This document shows positions 18,281 to 28,235 of a stretch of 64,000 nt of DNA, one piece after another. The DNA is from a virus. The notes beneath the pieces were generated by a model, which had not been told where the DNA came from, ran no database searches, and saw only the letters and a list, made by a program, of their open reading frames with translations. The number at the start of each line of letters is the position of its first letter. Position 1 is the first letter of the stretch. The position numbers were made by a program, and so were the translations under genes. Location: the IMG/VR virus record IMGVR_UViG_3300036791_000399, positions 10,076 through 74,075 of that record. The stretch is one strand, 5' to 3'.

Positions 18281-19741
18281 TTGGCTATTTGGTACTGGGT
18301 CGCGGCGTCCGCGGCGAACTTCGCCACCGCGAACTGGGCGACCAGTTCGGGAGGGACGGCGTCGGGCCAGCCGACGACCGGCGACACCGCCATCTTCGAC
18401 AGCAAGTCGTCGGCCTCCTGCACCCTCGCGGCAAGCGTCTCGTTGGCGTCGCTCGACTGTCAGGGCGGCGTCGGGAATTTCGCCGGCCTCCTGATCCACA
18501 ACAATGGCGTGACGGTCACGATCAGCGCGGCCGGCGCAGCGGCGTTCCGGCTGTCGCCGCAGATGAGCTACAACGGCCCGACTTCCGGGTGCCTCCTCAC
18601 CTTCACCAACACTTCCGGCGTCGCCATGCTGACCAGCGCCGGGAAGAAATTCGGCGCGATCACGATCAACGGCGCGGGTGGAACGGTGCGTCAGGCCGAC
18701 GACCTCAGCGTCAACACCGCGCTCAACAGCCCGTTCACGGTGACCGCCGGAACCTTCGACGCCAACGGATTCAACACCACCGCAATCTCTTTCCTTTGCA
18801 GCGGCGCGGGCGTTCGCACGGTCCTTCTCGGCGCGACGCTCAACCTCGGCGGCAATACCGGATCCGGCGCGACCGTCTTCACCACCGCGACGTCCACCAA
18901 CCTGACTTTCACGGTCGGCGCTTGCGTCATCAACGTGGTGAGTACGGGCGGCGCGTCCTATGTCATCATGGCGTTTAGCGCCCTCACCTACAACGCCATC
19001 AATTTTCAGACGACCAGCGCGGCGCTATACGTCTCGCTCACCGGCTCGCCGACATTCTCCAATTTCAACGTCGCTCCTGGCTGGGTTTTCTATCTTCCCG
19101 GCCAAGTGATCGGATCCCCGGTCCTTACGGTCCAGAATGCTTTCGCCCTCGTTGGATCGCCGACTCTTCCGGTCGGCTTCGTCTGCACCGCCGTTGCGAC
19201 TTTCAATTTCTGTCCGGTGTCCTGCCCTAGCGGGAACTGCTCGATCCAGTGGGGAATCTTGAGCGCCTGCACCGGAATCGGCGGGGCCAATTTCTCCGCC
19301 ACCGACACCTTGGCGGTCGGCCTGAACACCGGATGGGCGATCACGCCGCCAATCGACGCTTCCATACCAGCCGCCGTTGCTTCGGCGGTATGGGGCGACT
19401 TGCTGAGTTCCAGCGATTTCACTGTGGCCGGCAGCGCTGGCGCGCTGATGGCGGCGATGGCTAATCTGCAATACACGGTGCCGGCGATCGGCCGCGGCAC
19501 GACCGCCTCCGGCGGCACCCGGACGTCCATCCCGACTTCCGCCTTTGCGCCCGCGACATCCGCGTCGGTCGCCAATCAACTTGTCGGAAGAGCGGTGCTG
19601 TTCGATGCTGCGACGGCTACGGTCGCCTTGCGCGGTCAGGCGGCGGTGATCTCGGCCAGTTCCGCTGCCGCCGCCCCGACGCTCACCGTATCGACGCTGA
19701 CGGCTGCGCCAGCCTCCGGCGACACCTTTAGCGTCGTGTGA
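18281..19741 (+). CDS. beta-solenoid-like virion/fibre-associated protein
   Basis: WV.....F.TANWATSSGG..PTTGDTAIFD N-terminus; T/S/A/G-rich beta repeats; C-terminal APASGDTF. Confidence 0.7.
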   Translation: MAIWYWVAASAANFATANWATSSGGTASGQPTTGDTAIFDSKSSASCTLAASVSLASLDCQGGVGNFAGLLIHNNGVTVTISAAGAAAFRLSPQMSYNGPTSGCLLTFTNTSGVAMLTSAGKKFGAITINGAGGTVRQADDLSVNTALNSPFTVTAGTFDANGFNTTAISFLCSGAGVRTVLLGATLNLGGNTGSGATVFTTATSTNLTFTVGACVINVVSTGGASYVIMAFSALTYNAINFQTTSAALYVSLTGSPTFSNFNVAPGWVFYLPGQVIGSPVLTVQNAFALVGSPTLPVGFVCTAVATFNFCPVSCPSGNCSIQWGILSACTGIGGANFSATDTLAVGLNTGWAITPPIDASIPAAVASAVWGDLLSSSDFTVAGSAGALMAAMANLQYTVPAIGRGTTASGGTRTSIPTSAFAPATSASVANQLVGRAVLFDAATATVALRGQAAVISASSAAAAPTLTVSTLTAAPASGDTFSVV

Positions 19742-19744
19742 CAC

Positions 19745-19852
19745 ATGGGCATAACCAAGCTCGGTCCAGGCGGCTACTCGGTCGCGGTTAACGCCCCAGC
19801 GGCGCCCGCGGCGCCAGTCTCCGGCGCGGCTATCCTCCTGGTGGGGATGTAG
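19745..19852 (+). CDS. 35-aa small ORF ([35 protein letters not shown]) below the ORF-track cutoff
   Basis: Exactly fills the gap between the flanking fibre genes with 3- and 2-nt spacers. Confidence 0.55.
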   Translation: MGITKLGPGGYSVAVNAPAAPAAPVSGAAILLVGM

Positions 19853-19854
19853 CG

Positions 19855-21588
19855 ATGGCTGTTAATTTCCCTGACAGCCCGACCAACGGCGAGACCTTCA
19901 CCACCGGCGGAATCACCTATCAGTGGAACGGCTCGGCTTGGATCGTGACCGGCAGCGGCGTCGCGGGCCCTGCCGGCCCACAAGGCCCCGCTGGGCCGAC
20001 GGGGCCGACTGGCGCCACCGGAGCGCCAGGGGCGACGGGCGCGCAGGGTCCACAGGGCTTGACGGGCGCGCAAGGGGTGCAGGGACCAACCGGGTCGATG
20101 GGCGCGCAGGGGCCGGCCGGCTCTGCCGGCGCGACCGGGCCTCCTGGCGCCGATAGCACGGTCCCCGGCCCGACAGGTCCGCAGGGCCCTCCAGGGGCCG
20201 CTGGGGCGACAGGCAATACCGGAGCCACAGGACCGCCAGGGGCGACCGGCGCCCAAGGCGCAGCGGGATCTCAAGGCCCCACAGGACCGGCTGGGGCAGC
20301 GGGACCAGCGGGGCCGACCGCAGTCAGCACTGATGCCAATAACGTCGCGACGCTTGGCAGCGATCATCTGATCTTCGTGCCGCGCCCGCCGAGCGTCACT
20401 GTCTCCGATACGGCTCCGTCTTCGCCAAAAGCGGGCGATCTCTGGTGGGATTCAGTAGGCGGGCAACTTTATGTTTGGTACGTCGACGCAAATTCAAGCC
20501 AGTGGGTGGTCGCCAACAATTCCGGCGGCAATTATCTGCCGCTGACCGGCGGCGCTCTGACGGGGCCGGTTACGGCCGCCGCCGATCCGGTCGTTCCGCT
20601 CGGCCTCGCCACCAAGCAATACGTCGACGCGACGAACTCTCGCTACCGCAACCGGATCATCAACGGCGACATGTCGGTCGATCAGCGCGGGGGCAGCGGA
20701 GCTATCGCTGCAAGCGGCAGCAAATACATAATCGACCGTTGGGCCGCTGGCGTGTCGGTTGGCGGCAAGTGCAGCGTCGGCAGCATTGCCGGAGCGCCTT
20801 ATCCGTTTGCCTTGGGCTGGACGACAACCACTGCCTACACGGTGACGGCTGGCGACTATTTCAATCTCAACCAAAAAGTCGAGGCTTATAATTTTCTCGA
20901 CGCCAATTGGGGAACCGCGAACGCACAGCCGGTCGTATTGGAGTTTTGGGCCTTCTCGTCGCTTGCCGGGACGTTCGGCGGATCGTTGAGCAATGGCGCT
21001 TTCAACCGTTCTTACCCTTTCACCTATACGCTGACGGCGAATACGTGGACGAAGATCAGGCTCAACATTCCCGGCGATACGGCTGGAACGTGGTCAGTCG
21101 CCAACACCGCTAACGCCTTGACCGTGACGTTCGGCTGTGGCGTTGGCGCAACTTATTCGGCGGCTCCTGGCTCATGGCAAGCGGGAGCTTTTCTTTCAGC
21201 GACTGGCGCGGTCAGCGTCGTCGGCACGCTCAACGCGACGCTTAACATCACCGGCGTTGCGCTGATGGTCGGCGCGGCGGCGGCTAACGCCGAACCTGAG
21301 TTCCGCAAGTACAGCGACAATCTGATCGACTGTCAGCGGTATTTTTGCAGCGTGCCCTTCAATGTATCGGCCTATACTGCTGCGGGTGTGACGGTTGGTT
21401 ATGCGCAGACTTTGCCGGTTATGATGCGAGCCGCGCCAACGATCACAGTAAGCACTACGGGCAGCAGCAATTTTGGTGCTATGGCTGTGTCAGCTACCAG
21501 CGCAAATGCTGTTACGCCAAGCGCCGCCGGAACAGCGACGGGGGGCGCTTATTTCTATGGCTCCTTCAAGGCGGACGCGGATTTCTGA
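19855..21588 (+). CDS. collagen-like tail fibre protein 2 with carbohydrate-binding-like C-terminal domain
   Basis: [11 protein letters not shown], Gly-X-Y run, [39 protein letters not shown]. Confidence 0.82.
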   Translation: MAVNFPDSPTNGETFTTGGITYQWNGSAWIVTGSGVAGPAGPQGPAGPTGPTGATGAPGATGAQGPQGLTGAQGVQGPTGSMGAQGPAGSAGATGPPGADSTVPGPTGPQGPPGAAGATGNTGATGPPGATGAQGAAGSQGPTGPAGAAGPAGPTAVSTDANNVATLGSDHLIFVPRPPSVTVSDTAPSSPKAGDLWWDSVGGQLYVWYVDANSSQWVVANNSGGNYLPLTGGALTGPVTAAADPVVPLGLATKQYVDATNSRYRNRIINGDMSVDQRGGSGAIAASGSKYIIDRWAAGVSVGGKCSVGSIAGAPYPFALGWTTTTAYTVTAGDYFNLNQKVEAYNFLDANWGTANAQPVVLEFWAFSSLAGTFGGSLSNGAFNRSYPFTYTLTANTWTKIRLNIPGDTAGTWSVANTANALTVTFGCGVGATYSAAPGSWQAGAFLSATGAVSVVGTLNATLNITGVALMVGAAAANAEPEFRKYSDNLIDCQRYFCSVPFNVSAYTAAGVTVGYAQTLPVMMRAAPTITVSTTGSSNFGAMAVSATSANAVTPSAAGTATGGAYFYGSFKADADF

Positions 21589-21590
21589 CC

Positions 21591-23063
21591 ATGCTGGATT
21601 TCCCGTCATCCCCCACAACCGGCCAGATCTTCACCGCGCCCAATGGCTCGACCTGGATTTACGATGGCGTGAAATGGGCCTCGACTTCGGCCGGAACAGG
21701 CTTCCTGCCGCTGTCAGGCGGCACGCTGAGCGGCAATCTGACCATCGCTCCGGCTGGTGACGCCAACCTGATTTTGAACAAGAGCGGTTCCGGCCACTCG
21801 AACGACATTTTCTCTTACACCGCCGGCTCGCCGCGCTGGCTGTTTCAATTCGGCAATTCCACCGCTGAGGGATCTAGCAACACCGGCTCGGACTTCGTTC
21901 TCGCTCGCTATGACAACAGCGGCAATTACCTCGATGCGCCGCTGATCGTTCAGCGCGGTGACGGGCGCGCGACGGTCACGCAAGATCCGATCGTTCCGCT
22001 CGGGATCGCCACCAAGGAGTACGTGGACAACACTGGAGGGTTCAACAACGTCGGGCGCAACCTGATCAACAACTCGATGATGCGCGTCGCCCAGCGCGGC
22101 AATGGGCCGTTCACGGCGGCTGGCTATAGCCTCGATCAGTGGGTTGTTTACGTCAACGCTGACACAGTGAGCGTCGCACGGGGGGCTTTTGGAGTTGGAG
22201 GCCCGACCGGCGATGAGGCGGCGCAATATTTTCTCACCAGTAGTTTCACTGGTACGTCGGGAGCGGCGGCGGTCAACGGGATCGTCCAGAAGATCGAGAA
22301 CGTAGCGCGCCTGTCGGGCAAGACGATCATCGTCTCGTTCTGGGCTAACACAAACACAGCGCCGAAGCTCGGCGTCAATGTTTATCAGAGTTTCGGTTCA
22401 GGCGGCTCGCCATCAACGGGCGCGTATGTGCTTGCTACTGGACAGCAATTCGCTATCGGCTCGACGTGGGCGCGTTATTCGTGCGCAATCGCCATCCCGT
22501 CGATTGTCGGCAAGACGCTGGGAACCAATGGTGACGATCACACTCAGTTTATATTTTTCTATTCCAGCGGCGCGACCAACAATCAGATCGCAGGCAACAT
22601 CGGTGTGCAGAGCGGCACGATCAACATCTGGGGCGTGCAGGTCGAGATCGCCGCGCCCGGTCAGACCCAGCCGTCGCCGTTGGAGAAGCCCGACTTGGCG
22701 ACCGAACTGGTGCGCTGCCAGCGGTATTTTGAGAAATCGTACAATCAATTTATTGCTCCCGGCGCAGTGAATGGTGGTGGGCGCTGCCAAGCTTTATTGT
22801 CGCAGGGGGTTACTCCGACAGCGGTAGTCGGGCTAAGTCAAACTATACGCTATGCCGCCACCAAACGTGCCGTGCCGACAATTACTCTATACTCAGACGC
22901 CACGGGGGCGTCGGGTAAAGCCCGCGACAATCAGTCTAACGTGGATGTAACAGGCACTCTGGTCGTTAATGGCGATAGTTCATTTGGTTGGTCAGCAGTT
23001 CAGAGCGTCGCTTCTTATAACGTGAACCTTACCTGTCATTGGACCGCCAGCGCGGAGCTATGA
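21591..23063 (+). CDS. tail fibre protein 3, paralogous to fibre 2
   Basis: MLDFPSSPTTG, FLPLSGG, ATKEYVD, RNLINNS.MRVAQR, CQRYFEKSY..KRAVPT; start re-assigned to ATG 21591. Confidence 0.82.
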   Translation: MLDFPSSPTTGQIFTAPNGSTWIYDGVKWASTSAGTGFLPLSGGTLSGNLTIAPAGDANLILNKSGSGHSNDIFSYTAGSPRWLFQFGNSTAEGSSNTGSDFVLARYDNSGNYLDAPLIVQRGDGRATVTQDPIVPLGIATKEYVDNTGGFNNVGRNLINNSMMRVAQRGNGPFTAAGYSLDQWVVYVNADTVSVARGAFGVGGPTGDEAAQYFLTSSFTGTSGAAAVNGIVQKIENVARLSGKTIIVSFWANTNTAPKLGVNVYQSFGSGGSPSTGAYVLATGQQFAIGSTWARYSCAIAIPSIVGKTLGTNGDDHTQFIFFYSSGATNNQIAGNIGVQSGTINIWGVQVEIAAPGQTQPSPLEKPDLATELVRCQRYFEKSYNQFIAPGAVNGGGRCQALLSQGVTPTAVVGLSQTIRYAATKRAVPTITLYSDATGASGKARDNQSNVDVTGTLVVNGDSSFGWSAVQSVASYNVNLTCHWTASAEL

Positions 23064-23254
23064 CCATGCAGCTTGTCTACACAGACCCCGACAAAACCAC
23101 GATCAAGGTGACGCTCGATGAGGGCGAGAGCCTCGGCAACCTCAATGGGCCGGTCGAGGCGTTCGTCCCGACCGATCGGGCCAACACTGACTATGCGGCG
23201 ATTCTTAGCAAGAAACTGAAAGTCGAATCTCATAAAGCGAGCCCTCCAGGATGA
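23060..23254 (+). CDS. small tail-fibre assembly/chaperone-like protein
   Basis: FVPTD.ANTDY motif; follows a fibre gene with ATGA coupling. Confidence 0.6.
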   Translation: MTMQLVYTDPDKTTIKVTLDEGESLGNLNGPVEAFVPTDRANTDYAAILSKKLKVESHKASPPG

Positions 23255-24000
23255 GCTACACCTACATCACCTTCAAGAGCGCTCTGGCGATCGAAATGGC
23301 GGTGCCGAACAACGACCCCACCAACCCGCAGTTCATCGCCATCATCAACACCCTGGTCGATCAGGCCGAACAGCGCTGCTATCGCGATCTCGACCTTCTC
23401 AACGCCACCTCGACGCAAACGCTGCCGCTCACCGCGGGCTCTTCAAAGCTCGATTTCTCGACCCTGTCGCCGAACCTTCTCATCCTTGAGGACGTGAACA
23501 TCGTTCTGCCGGCGACGGTGACCAATCCGGAACTCGGCGAGCGGGCGCCGGTCTATCCCGTCAGCAAGGAATGGCTCCGGATGACCTACGGGGTCAGCGG
23601 AACCAAGGGTGTGCCGGTCTGGTACGCCATGAATGACGATCGTACGATCTTGCTGGGGCCCTTCCCCGACCAGGGCTACACCGTCGAACTCATCGGCAAA
23701 TATCGGCCGACGCCGCTCTATTCGGCGCCGCCTGGGGACGGAACCCAGACGACCGTGCTCACCTCGATGCTGCCGGATCTCTTCCTCGCCGCGGCAATGT
23801 GCGCCGGTAGCGCCTATCAGCATAATTGGGGCGCCCAGTCCGACGATCCGCGTCAGGCGATGTCCTGGGAGACGAACTACCAGACCTTGCTCGGGTCAGC
23901 GAAGGGCGAGGAGATGCGCAAGAAAACACATGGGTGGATGAGTATGACATCGGAGATCCCGGCAATGCCGAACCCGCCAGGAACGCCAGGACCGCCCTAA
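23251..24000 (+). CDS. tail/adaptor structural protein
   Basis: Y...K.A.., QAEQRCYRDLD, G.P.WYA, LGP.PD..Y.VE, PDLFLAA. Confidence 0.75.
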   Translation: MSYTYITFKSALAIEMAVPNNDPTNPQFIAIINTLVDQAEQRCYRDLDLLNATSTQTLPLTAGSSKLDFSTLSPNLLILEDVNIVLPATVTNPELGERAPVYPVSKEWLRMTYGVSGTKGVPVWYAMNDDRTILLGPFPDQGYTVELIGKYRPTPLYSAPPGDGTQTTVLTSMLPDLFLAAAMCAGSAYQHNWGAQSDDPRQAMSWETNYQTLLGSAKGEEMRKKTHGWMSMTSEIPAMPNPPGTPGPP

Positions 24001-24473
24001 TGCCGCCGATTAGCGCGCTGCTCTTTGGGGGTCGACCATCGGCAATTCCCAGGCTCGTAGTCGCCATTGTTGTCGATGCGATCAATGCTGTGCTTCGAAC
24101 TTGGTTTCCGACCCATGTCGGCGAGAAAGTTTTCGTAGCGGTCCCATCGATGACACACCGTAATGCCGCGACCTCCGTAGTAGTGATACTCATTGTAACT
24201 TGGAGACTGGCAGCGACGACGAAGGTTATACCAAGCCTTTAACTCTGGTGTATTAGGATGGCTTTCGCCATGCGTGCGATTCATTCGCCCAGCGCGTATA
24301 CGGAGACATCCGCAGGATCGGGTTTCGCCACTTTTCAAGTGGCAGGCGGAGACAACTGCTTCACTCCCGCAGTCGCAGCGGCAGAGCCAGTGGGCGTTGC
24401 GGTTTCGTACTTCTACAAAGGAAAGAGCAATTAGAAGATGAAAGCGCTGACCTGCTATATTGATGACGGACAT
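23997..24473 (-). CDS. HNH-type homing endonuclease, antisense insertion
   Basis: WLCRCDCG, SCGC, YGGRGITVCHRW, SIDRIDNNGDYEPGNCRW. Confidence 0.88.
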   Translation of the reverse strand: MSVINIAGQRFHLLIALSFVEVRNRNAHWLCRCDCGSEAVVSACHLKSGETRSCGCLRIRAGRMNRTHGESHPNTPELKAWYNLRRRCQSPSYNEYHYYGGRGITVCHRWDRYENFLADMGRKPSSKHSIDRIDNNGDYEPGNCRWSTPKEQRANRRH

Positions 24474-24496
24474 GCGTTGTTTCCTGGGCTGCTGTC

Positions 24497-27400
24497 ATGC
24501 CATTTATGACTGTGAAATTAATTCCGGGGGTCAGGGCTGAACAGACGCCATTGTTGCTACAGACTGGAATTACACAAAGCAACAACATTCGCTGGCGCGA
24601 TGGCCTCGCGGAGAAAATCGGCGGCTGGAAGAAGTTCTACAACGCGGCGATTGCCGGCCCGGTGCGCGAGCTATGGACGTGGGCCGACCTGGACGGCGCC
24701 AACCATCTGGCGGCCGCGGGCGGCAATAACGTCAATGTCATCACCGGCACTTCCCTAAGCCCGGTCGGCCCGCTCGCCGCAACTCGACATCCGAGCGGAT
24801 TGGCGACGACCGCCGGGTCGCCGCTCGTTGTGGTCACCGACACCGGTTCGAACGCTAGTACTTATGAAAGCGTCACCCTGCAGACCCCCTATGCCATTAG
24901 CGGTGCAGGTGGCTTCGTCATCTATCCAGGCAGCTATCCGATCGTCGCCGTCGCTGACGGTTCTCACTACACGATCAACATCGGCCAAAACGCTACTCTG
25001 ACCGCCTCCACTGGGACGCTCTGCACGATCAGCAGCACTCTGGGCTCGGCGACGTTCACGGTCGCTCTTCCGAACCACAATCTTGCCGTCGGGGCGAGCT
25101 TCTCGATCATTCTCCCGACTGCGGTTGGCGGAGTGGTGCTGTCAGGCTTCTATACGGTCGCTTCGGTTGTCGACTCCGGCCACTTCACCATCATGGGGCC
25201 GAACCAAGCAGTATCCGCCCAGACTTCGAACTACGGCAATCTCTCGACTACCCAACTCATCCAATGGGTCGTTAAAAGCCAACAGCCTCCGCCAACGCTT
25301 ACGGCCATTGCTGCATTCGCGTCTGGTTATGCGGGCATCATGATGCCGCCGAACCCCGGCAACATTACGCCAGGGATGACGGTGTACGATGAGACAACCA
25401 ACCAGACACTCGGCATCGTGCAGAGCTATGGCCCGCTGACGGCCAGTCAGACCCTGACCAATGGGTTCGCCTCTGGGGCGACGTCGATCAACATGGCGCC
25501 CAATACGAACACGCTTGGCGTGATTCCCGGCATGACCGCTACGATCAGATCATCGCTCTTGGGCACGGTTTCAGCCTATGTCGGCAGTACGCTCACCCTG
25601 GCCGCTGCTACGACTTTCCCGTCCACGTACAGCATCACAGCCTCGGCTGCGTTTACGACCGCCTACCAGGGCATCATGGTGCCGCCCAATCCAGGCTTCG
25701 CAGCCGCAGGCTTGACTGTCACCGACCTCACGACTGGCCACTCGCTCGGCACGGTCGCGACCTACAAGAATTACCCGATACTGACCGATCTTGTTCAGTT
25801 CGCTAATCACTCCTGGGTGATCGGCGCGACCTCTGTCGACATGACCCCCTACACCAATGCTGGCAATGGCGGCGGCGGTGATAATCCCATCATCCCCGGC
25901 ATGACGATTGGTGACTCCAATGTCGGGGGAGGCACGGTCGTCCTCAGCACGGTCGGCGCCTATATCGGCCATACGCTCACCTTTGCGACTCCGGCTGCAT
26001 ACAGTTCTGCTACAGGCTTTGACCGGCTTGAATTTCAGACCACCGGGACGCAAAACGTCCTCGGCCTGACAGGCAACATCGCCGCCAACAGCGCCGGATC
26101 CAACGACACTCTGGGGTTCGTAGGCGCTTCGATTTCCAATGATCCGGTGACGTTCAGCAGCGGATCCAATCACGTCCTGATTTTCACTGCGCCTCTCAGC
26201 ACCAGTAGCGCCGGGGCGAACGATGTCCTGGCGTTCATCGGGGCATCGGCGCCGCCGCCGACTGTGACAGCGCAAGCAGGGTTTACGACCGACTACTGGG
26301 GCATCGCGGTGCCAGCTAACCCAGGGCCCATTGTCAATGGCATGTCGGTTGTCGATCAGACCACCAATCAGTTTCTCGGCACGGTCGCAAGTTACGGGAC
26401 GGTGACGAACGCTCGGCAAGTAGTGGCATGGGGAATGGCGGGCGGCGAAGGCACTCCGGTCGGCATCGGCGAGACTAGCGCGGACATGACCCCCTATACG
26501 AACCATTTTCCAACACCGATCATTCCCGGCATGACGATCGTCGACCATGATCAGAGCAAGACTGTCGGCACAGTCGTCAGCTACATCGGCAACATCCTGA
26601 CCTGGACGCCTGCGATCACCTTCACTGCAGATCCTGGCGATGAGTGGCTGTTCAGCAGCGGGACACAAAACGTCCTCGGCTTGAACACCTTTCTCGATGC
26701 CAACAGCGCCGGATCCAGCGACCTCCTGTCGTTCATTGCTCCATCAGGGCCGCCACCGGCTGGCACAACGCCGATGTCGGCCGACGATTGGTGCATGTTC
26801 AATTTCGGCAGCGTCCTTCTCATCAATCCGCAAGACGGGCCGATCTTTCAGTATGACCCGACGAGCGGCCTTAGCACTGCGCAATTGGTTCCGAACGCGC
26901 CGGTCGCGGCGCATGGCATGTTCCTCGCCATGCCGCAGCAGATGGTGGTCGCCTACGGCGCCTCGGTCCAGGGCGTCCAGGATCCGATGCTGGTCGCTTG
27001 GTCCGACGCGGGCAACTACAACACCTGGAAGCTCGCCGTCGGCAATCAGGCCGGAACCTTTCGCTTGTCGCGCGGCTCGATGATCGTCGGCGGGATGCAG
27101 ATGCCGATGCAGGCGATGCTGTGGACCGACGTCGGTCTTTGGCTGATGACGTACATCGGTTATCCGGATGTCTGGGGGTTCTCCGAGATCGCCCAAGAGT
27201 GCGGGCTGATCGCCAAGAAGGCGGCGGGCGTGCTCGGCTCCCAGGTCTTCTGGATGGGCAGGGATAAGTTCTGGACATTCACCCAGGGCCAAGTTCAGCC
27301 GCTCCCGTGCGAGGTCTGGGACGCTGTCTTTCAAAACCTCAATACGGATCTCCTCCACCTCATTCGCTGCGGCACAGACACCGCCTTCGACGGCGTCGGA

Positions 27401-28006
27401 TGGTTCTATCCGTCGCTCGCGACGAAGCAGCCAGGGGCGCTGCAGGAGAACGATTCCTTCGTCAAGTTCAACCGGGTCACCGGAGAGTGGGACTATGGAA
27501 CGCCGATCGACGTCTTTGGCGACGGGAAGACCGGCGGCTCCCTGATCTCCGACTGGATCGATGCGAACGTGTACGGCAATCCGATCTCGGCGATGACCGA
27601 TTCGACCGGCACGCTCTCGCAACTCATGTGGATGGACATGGGTCAGGACGCCGATGGCGCGCCGATCGATTGGTGGTTCCGCACCGGTCTTTTCCTGCTT
27701 AGCGAGGGCGAAGATTTCCTTTTTGTCGACCGCTGCCGGCCTGACTTCAAATGGCGGAAGTTCTCAAGCCCATCGACGCCGAGCGCGCAGATCAAAATCA
27801 CCTTGTACGCCTACGAGGACAGCGACAATCCGGCGAAGCCGCCTTCCATCTATGGGCCGTTCACCGTCGCTGATGATTCGGGACCGTTTGACCCGAGAGC
27901 GCGCGGGCGTTACTTCTCGCTGAAGGTAGAAGGGAACGATCTCGGCAGCTTCGCCCGCATGGGTGCGGTGAAGTTTCGCTTTGCACCGGACGGAAGGGCC
28001 GGGTGA
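24497..28006 (+). CDS. tail tube/nozzle (stabilisation) protein, beta-propeller type, with a large nested beta-domain insertion
   Basis: IRWRDG..EKIGGW N-terminus; DPM.V.WSD..NQAG..RL..GS, CGLIA, FWMG, PRARGR C-terminal blocks. Confidence 0.8.
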   Translation: MPFMTVKLIPGVRAEQTPLLLQTGITQSNNIRWRDGLAEKIGGWKKFYNAAIAGPVRELWTWADLDGANHLAAAGGNNVNVITGTSLSPVGPLAATRHPSGLATTAGSPLVVVTDTGSNASTYESVTLQTPYAISGAGGFVIYPGSYPIVAVADGSHYTINIGQNATLTASTGTLCTISSTLGSATFTVALPNHNLAVGASFSIILPTAVGGVVLSGFYTVASVVDSGHFTIMGPNQAVSAQTSNYGNLSTTQLIQWVVKSQQPPPTLTAIAAFASGYAGIMMPPNPGNITPGMTVYDETTNQTLGIVQSYGPLTASQTLTNGFASGATSINMAPNTNTLGVIPGMTATIRSSLLGTVSAYVGSTLTLAAATTFPSTYSITASAAFTTAYQGIMVPPNPGFAAAGLTVTDLTTGHSLGTVATYKNYPILTDLVQFANHSWVIGATSVDMTPYTNAGNGGGGDNPIIPGMTIGDSNVGGGTVVLSTVGAYIGHTLTFATPAAYSSATGFDRLEFQTTGTQNVLGLTGNIAANSAGSNDTLGFVGASISNDPVTFSSGSNHVLIFTAPLSTSSAGANDVLAFIGASAPPPTVTAQAGFTTDYWGIAVPANPGPIVNGMSVVDQTTNQFLGTVASYGTVTNARQVVAWGMAGGEGTPVGIGETSADMTPYTNHFPTPIIPGMTIVDHDQSKTVGTVVSYIGNILTWTPAITFTADPGDEWLFSSGTQNVLGLNTFLDANSAGSSDLLSFIAPSGPPPAGTTPMSADDWCMFNFGSVLLINPQDGPIFQYDPTSGLSTAQLVPNAPVAAHGMFLAMPQQMVVAYGASVQGVQDPMLVAWSDAGNYNTWKLAVGNQAGTFRLSRGSMIVGGMQMPMQAMLWTDVGLWLMTYIGYPDVWGFSEIAQECGLIAKKAAGVLGSQVFWMGRDKFWTFTQGQVQPLPCEVWDAVFQNLNTDLLHLIRCGTDTAFDGVGWFYPSLATKQPGALQENDSFVKFNRVTGEWDYGTPIDVFGDGKTGGSLISDWIDANVYGNPISAMTDSTGTLSQLMWMDMGQDADGAPIDWWFRTGLFLLSEGEDFLFVDRCRPDFKWRKFSSPSTPSAQIKITLYAYEDSDNPAKPPSIYGPFTVADDSGPFDPRARGRYFSLKVEGNDLGSFARMGAVKFRFAPDGRAG
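25290..26745 (+). repeat. six homologous beta-domain units in a nested arrangement
   Basis: G(M/L)xxxD..LG(T/I)VxxY N-halves and L.....S.G..D.L.F C-halves; DNA similarity between ~26044-26108 and ~26660-26725. Confidence 0.7.
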
Positions 28007-28007
28007 T

Positions 28008-28235
28008 ATGGCTCCCCTATCGGGCTTAACGGGCGATCTGCAGACCGTCGTGACTGCTTTGCAGCAGTTGACGGTCAAGGTCGGCGATCTCATCAAGCAA
28101 ATTTCGCTCTCGGCGCCGCCGGCAAATATCGCCGGTCTCGTGAATGCGGCGAACGATAGCGCCGCAGCCACCGCAGGCGTGCCGGTCGCGGGCATGTACC
28201 GGAATGGCAGCGTACTCATGGTTAGAGTGACGTGA
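28008..28235 (+). CDS. small tail needle/plug-like protein
   Basis: Short coiled coil plus ANDSAAATAGVPVAGMYRNG; start at ATG 28008. Confidence 0.65.
   Translation: MAPLSGLTGDLQTVVTALQQLTVKVGDLIKQISLSAPPANIAGLVNAANDSAAATAGVPVAGMYRNGSVLMVRVT

Noticed and set aside
17250-20320. Collagen-coding 9-bp periodic DNA as a non-coding repeat array
   Set aside because: Fully explained by Gly-X-Y coding in fibre genes
21345-21590. Track-extended N-termini (21345, 9804, 14692, 15383, 16422, 45164, 57865, 59227, 63974)
   Set aside because: Downstream starts have better RBS or stop-start coupling; the extensions overlap neighbouring genes or promoters
19855-23063. Diversity-generating retroelement acting on fibre tips
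   Set aside because: No reverse transcriptase and no template/variable repeat pair differing only at adenines in the window
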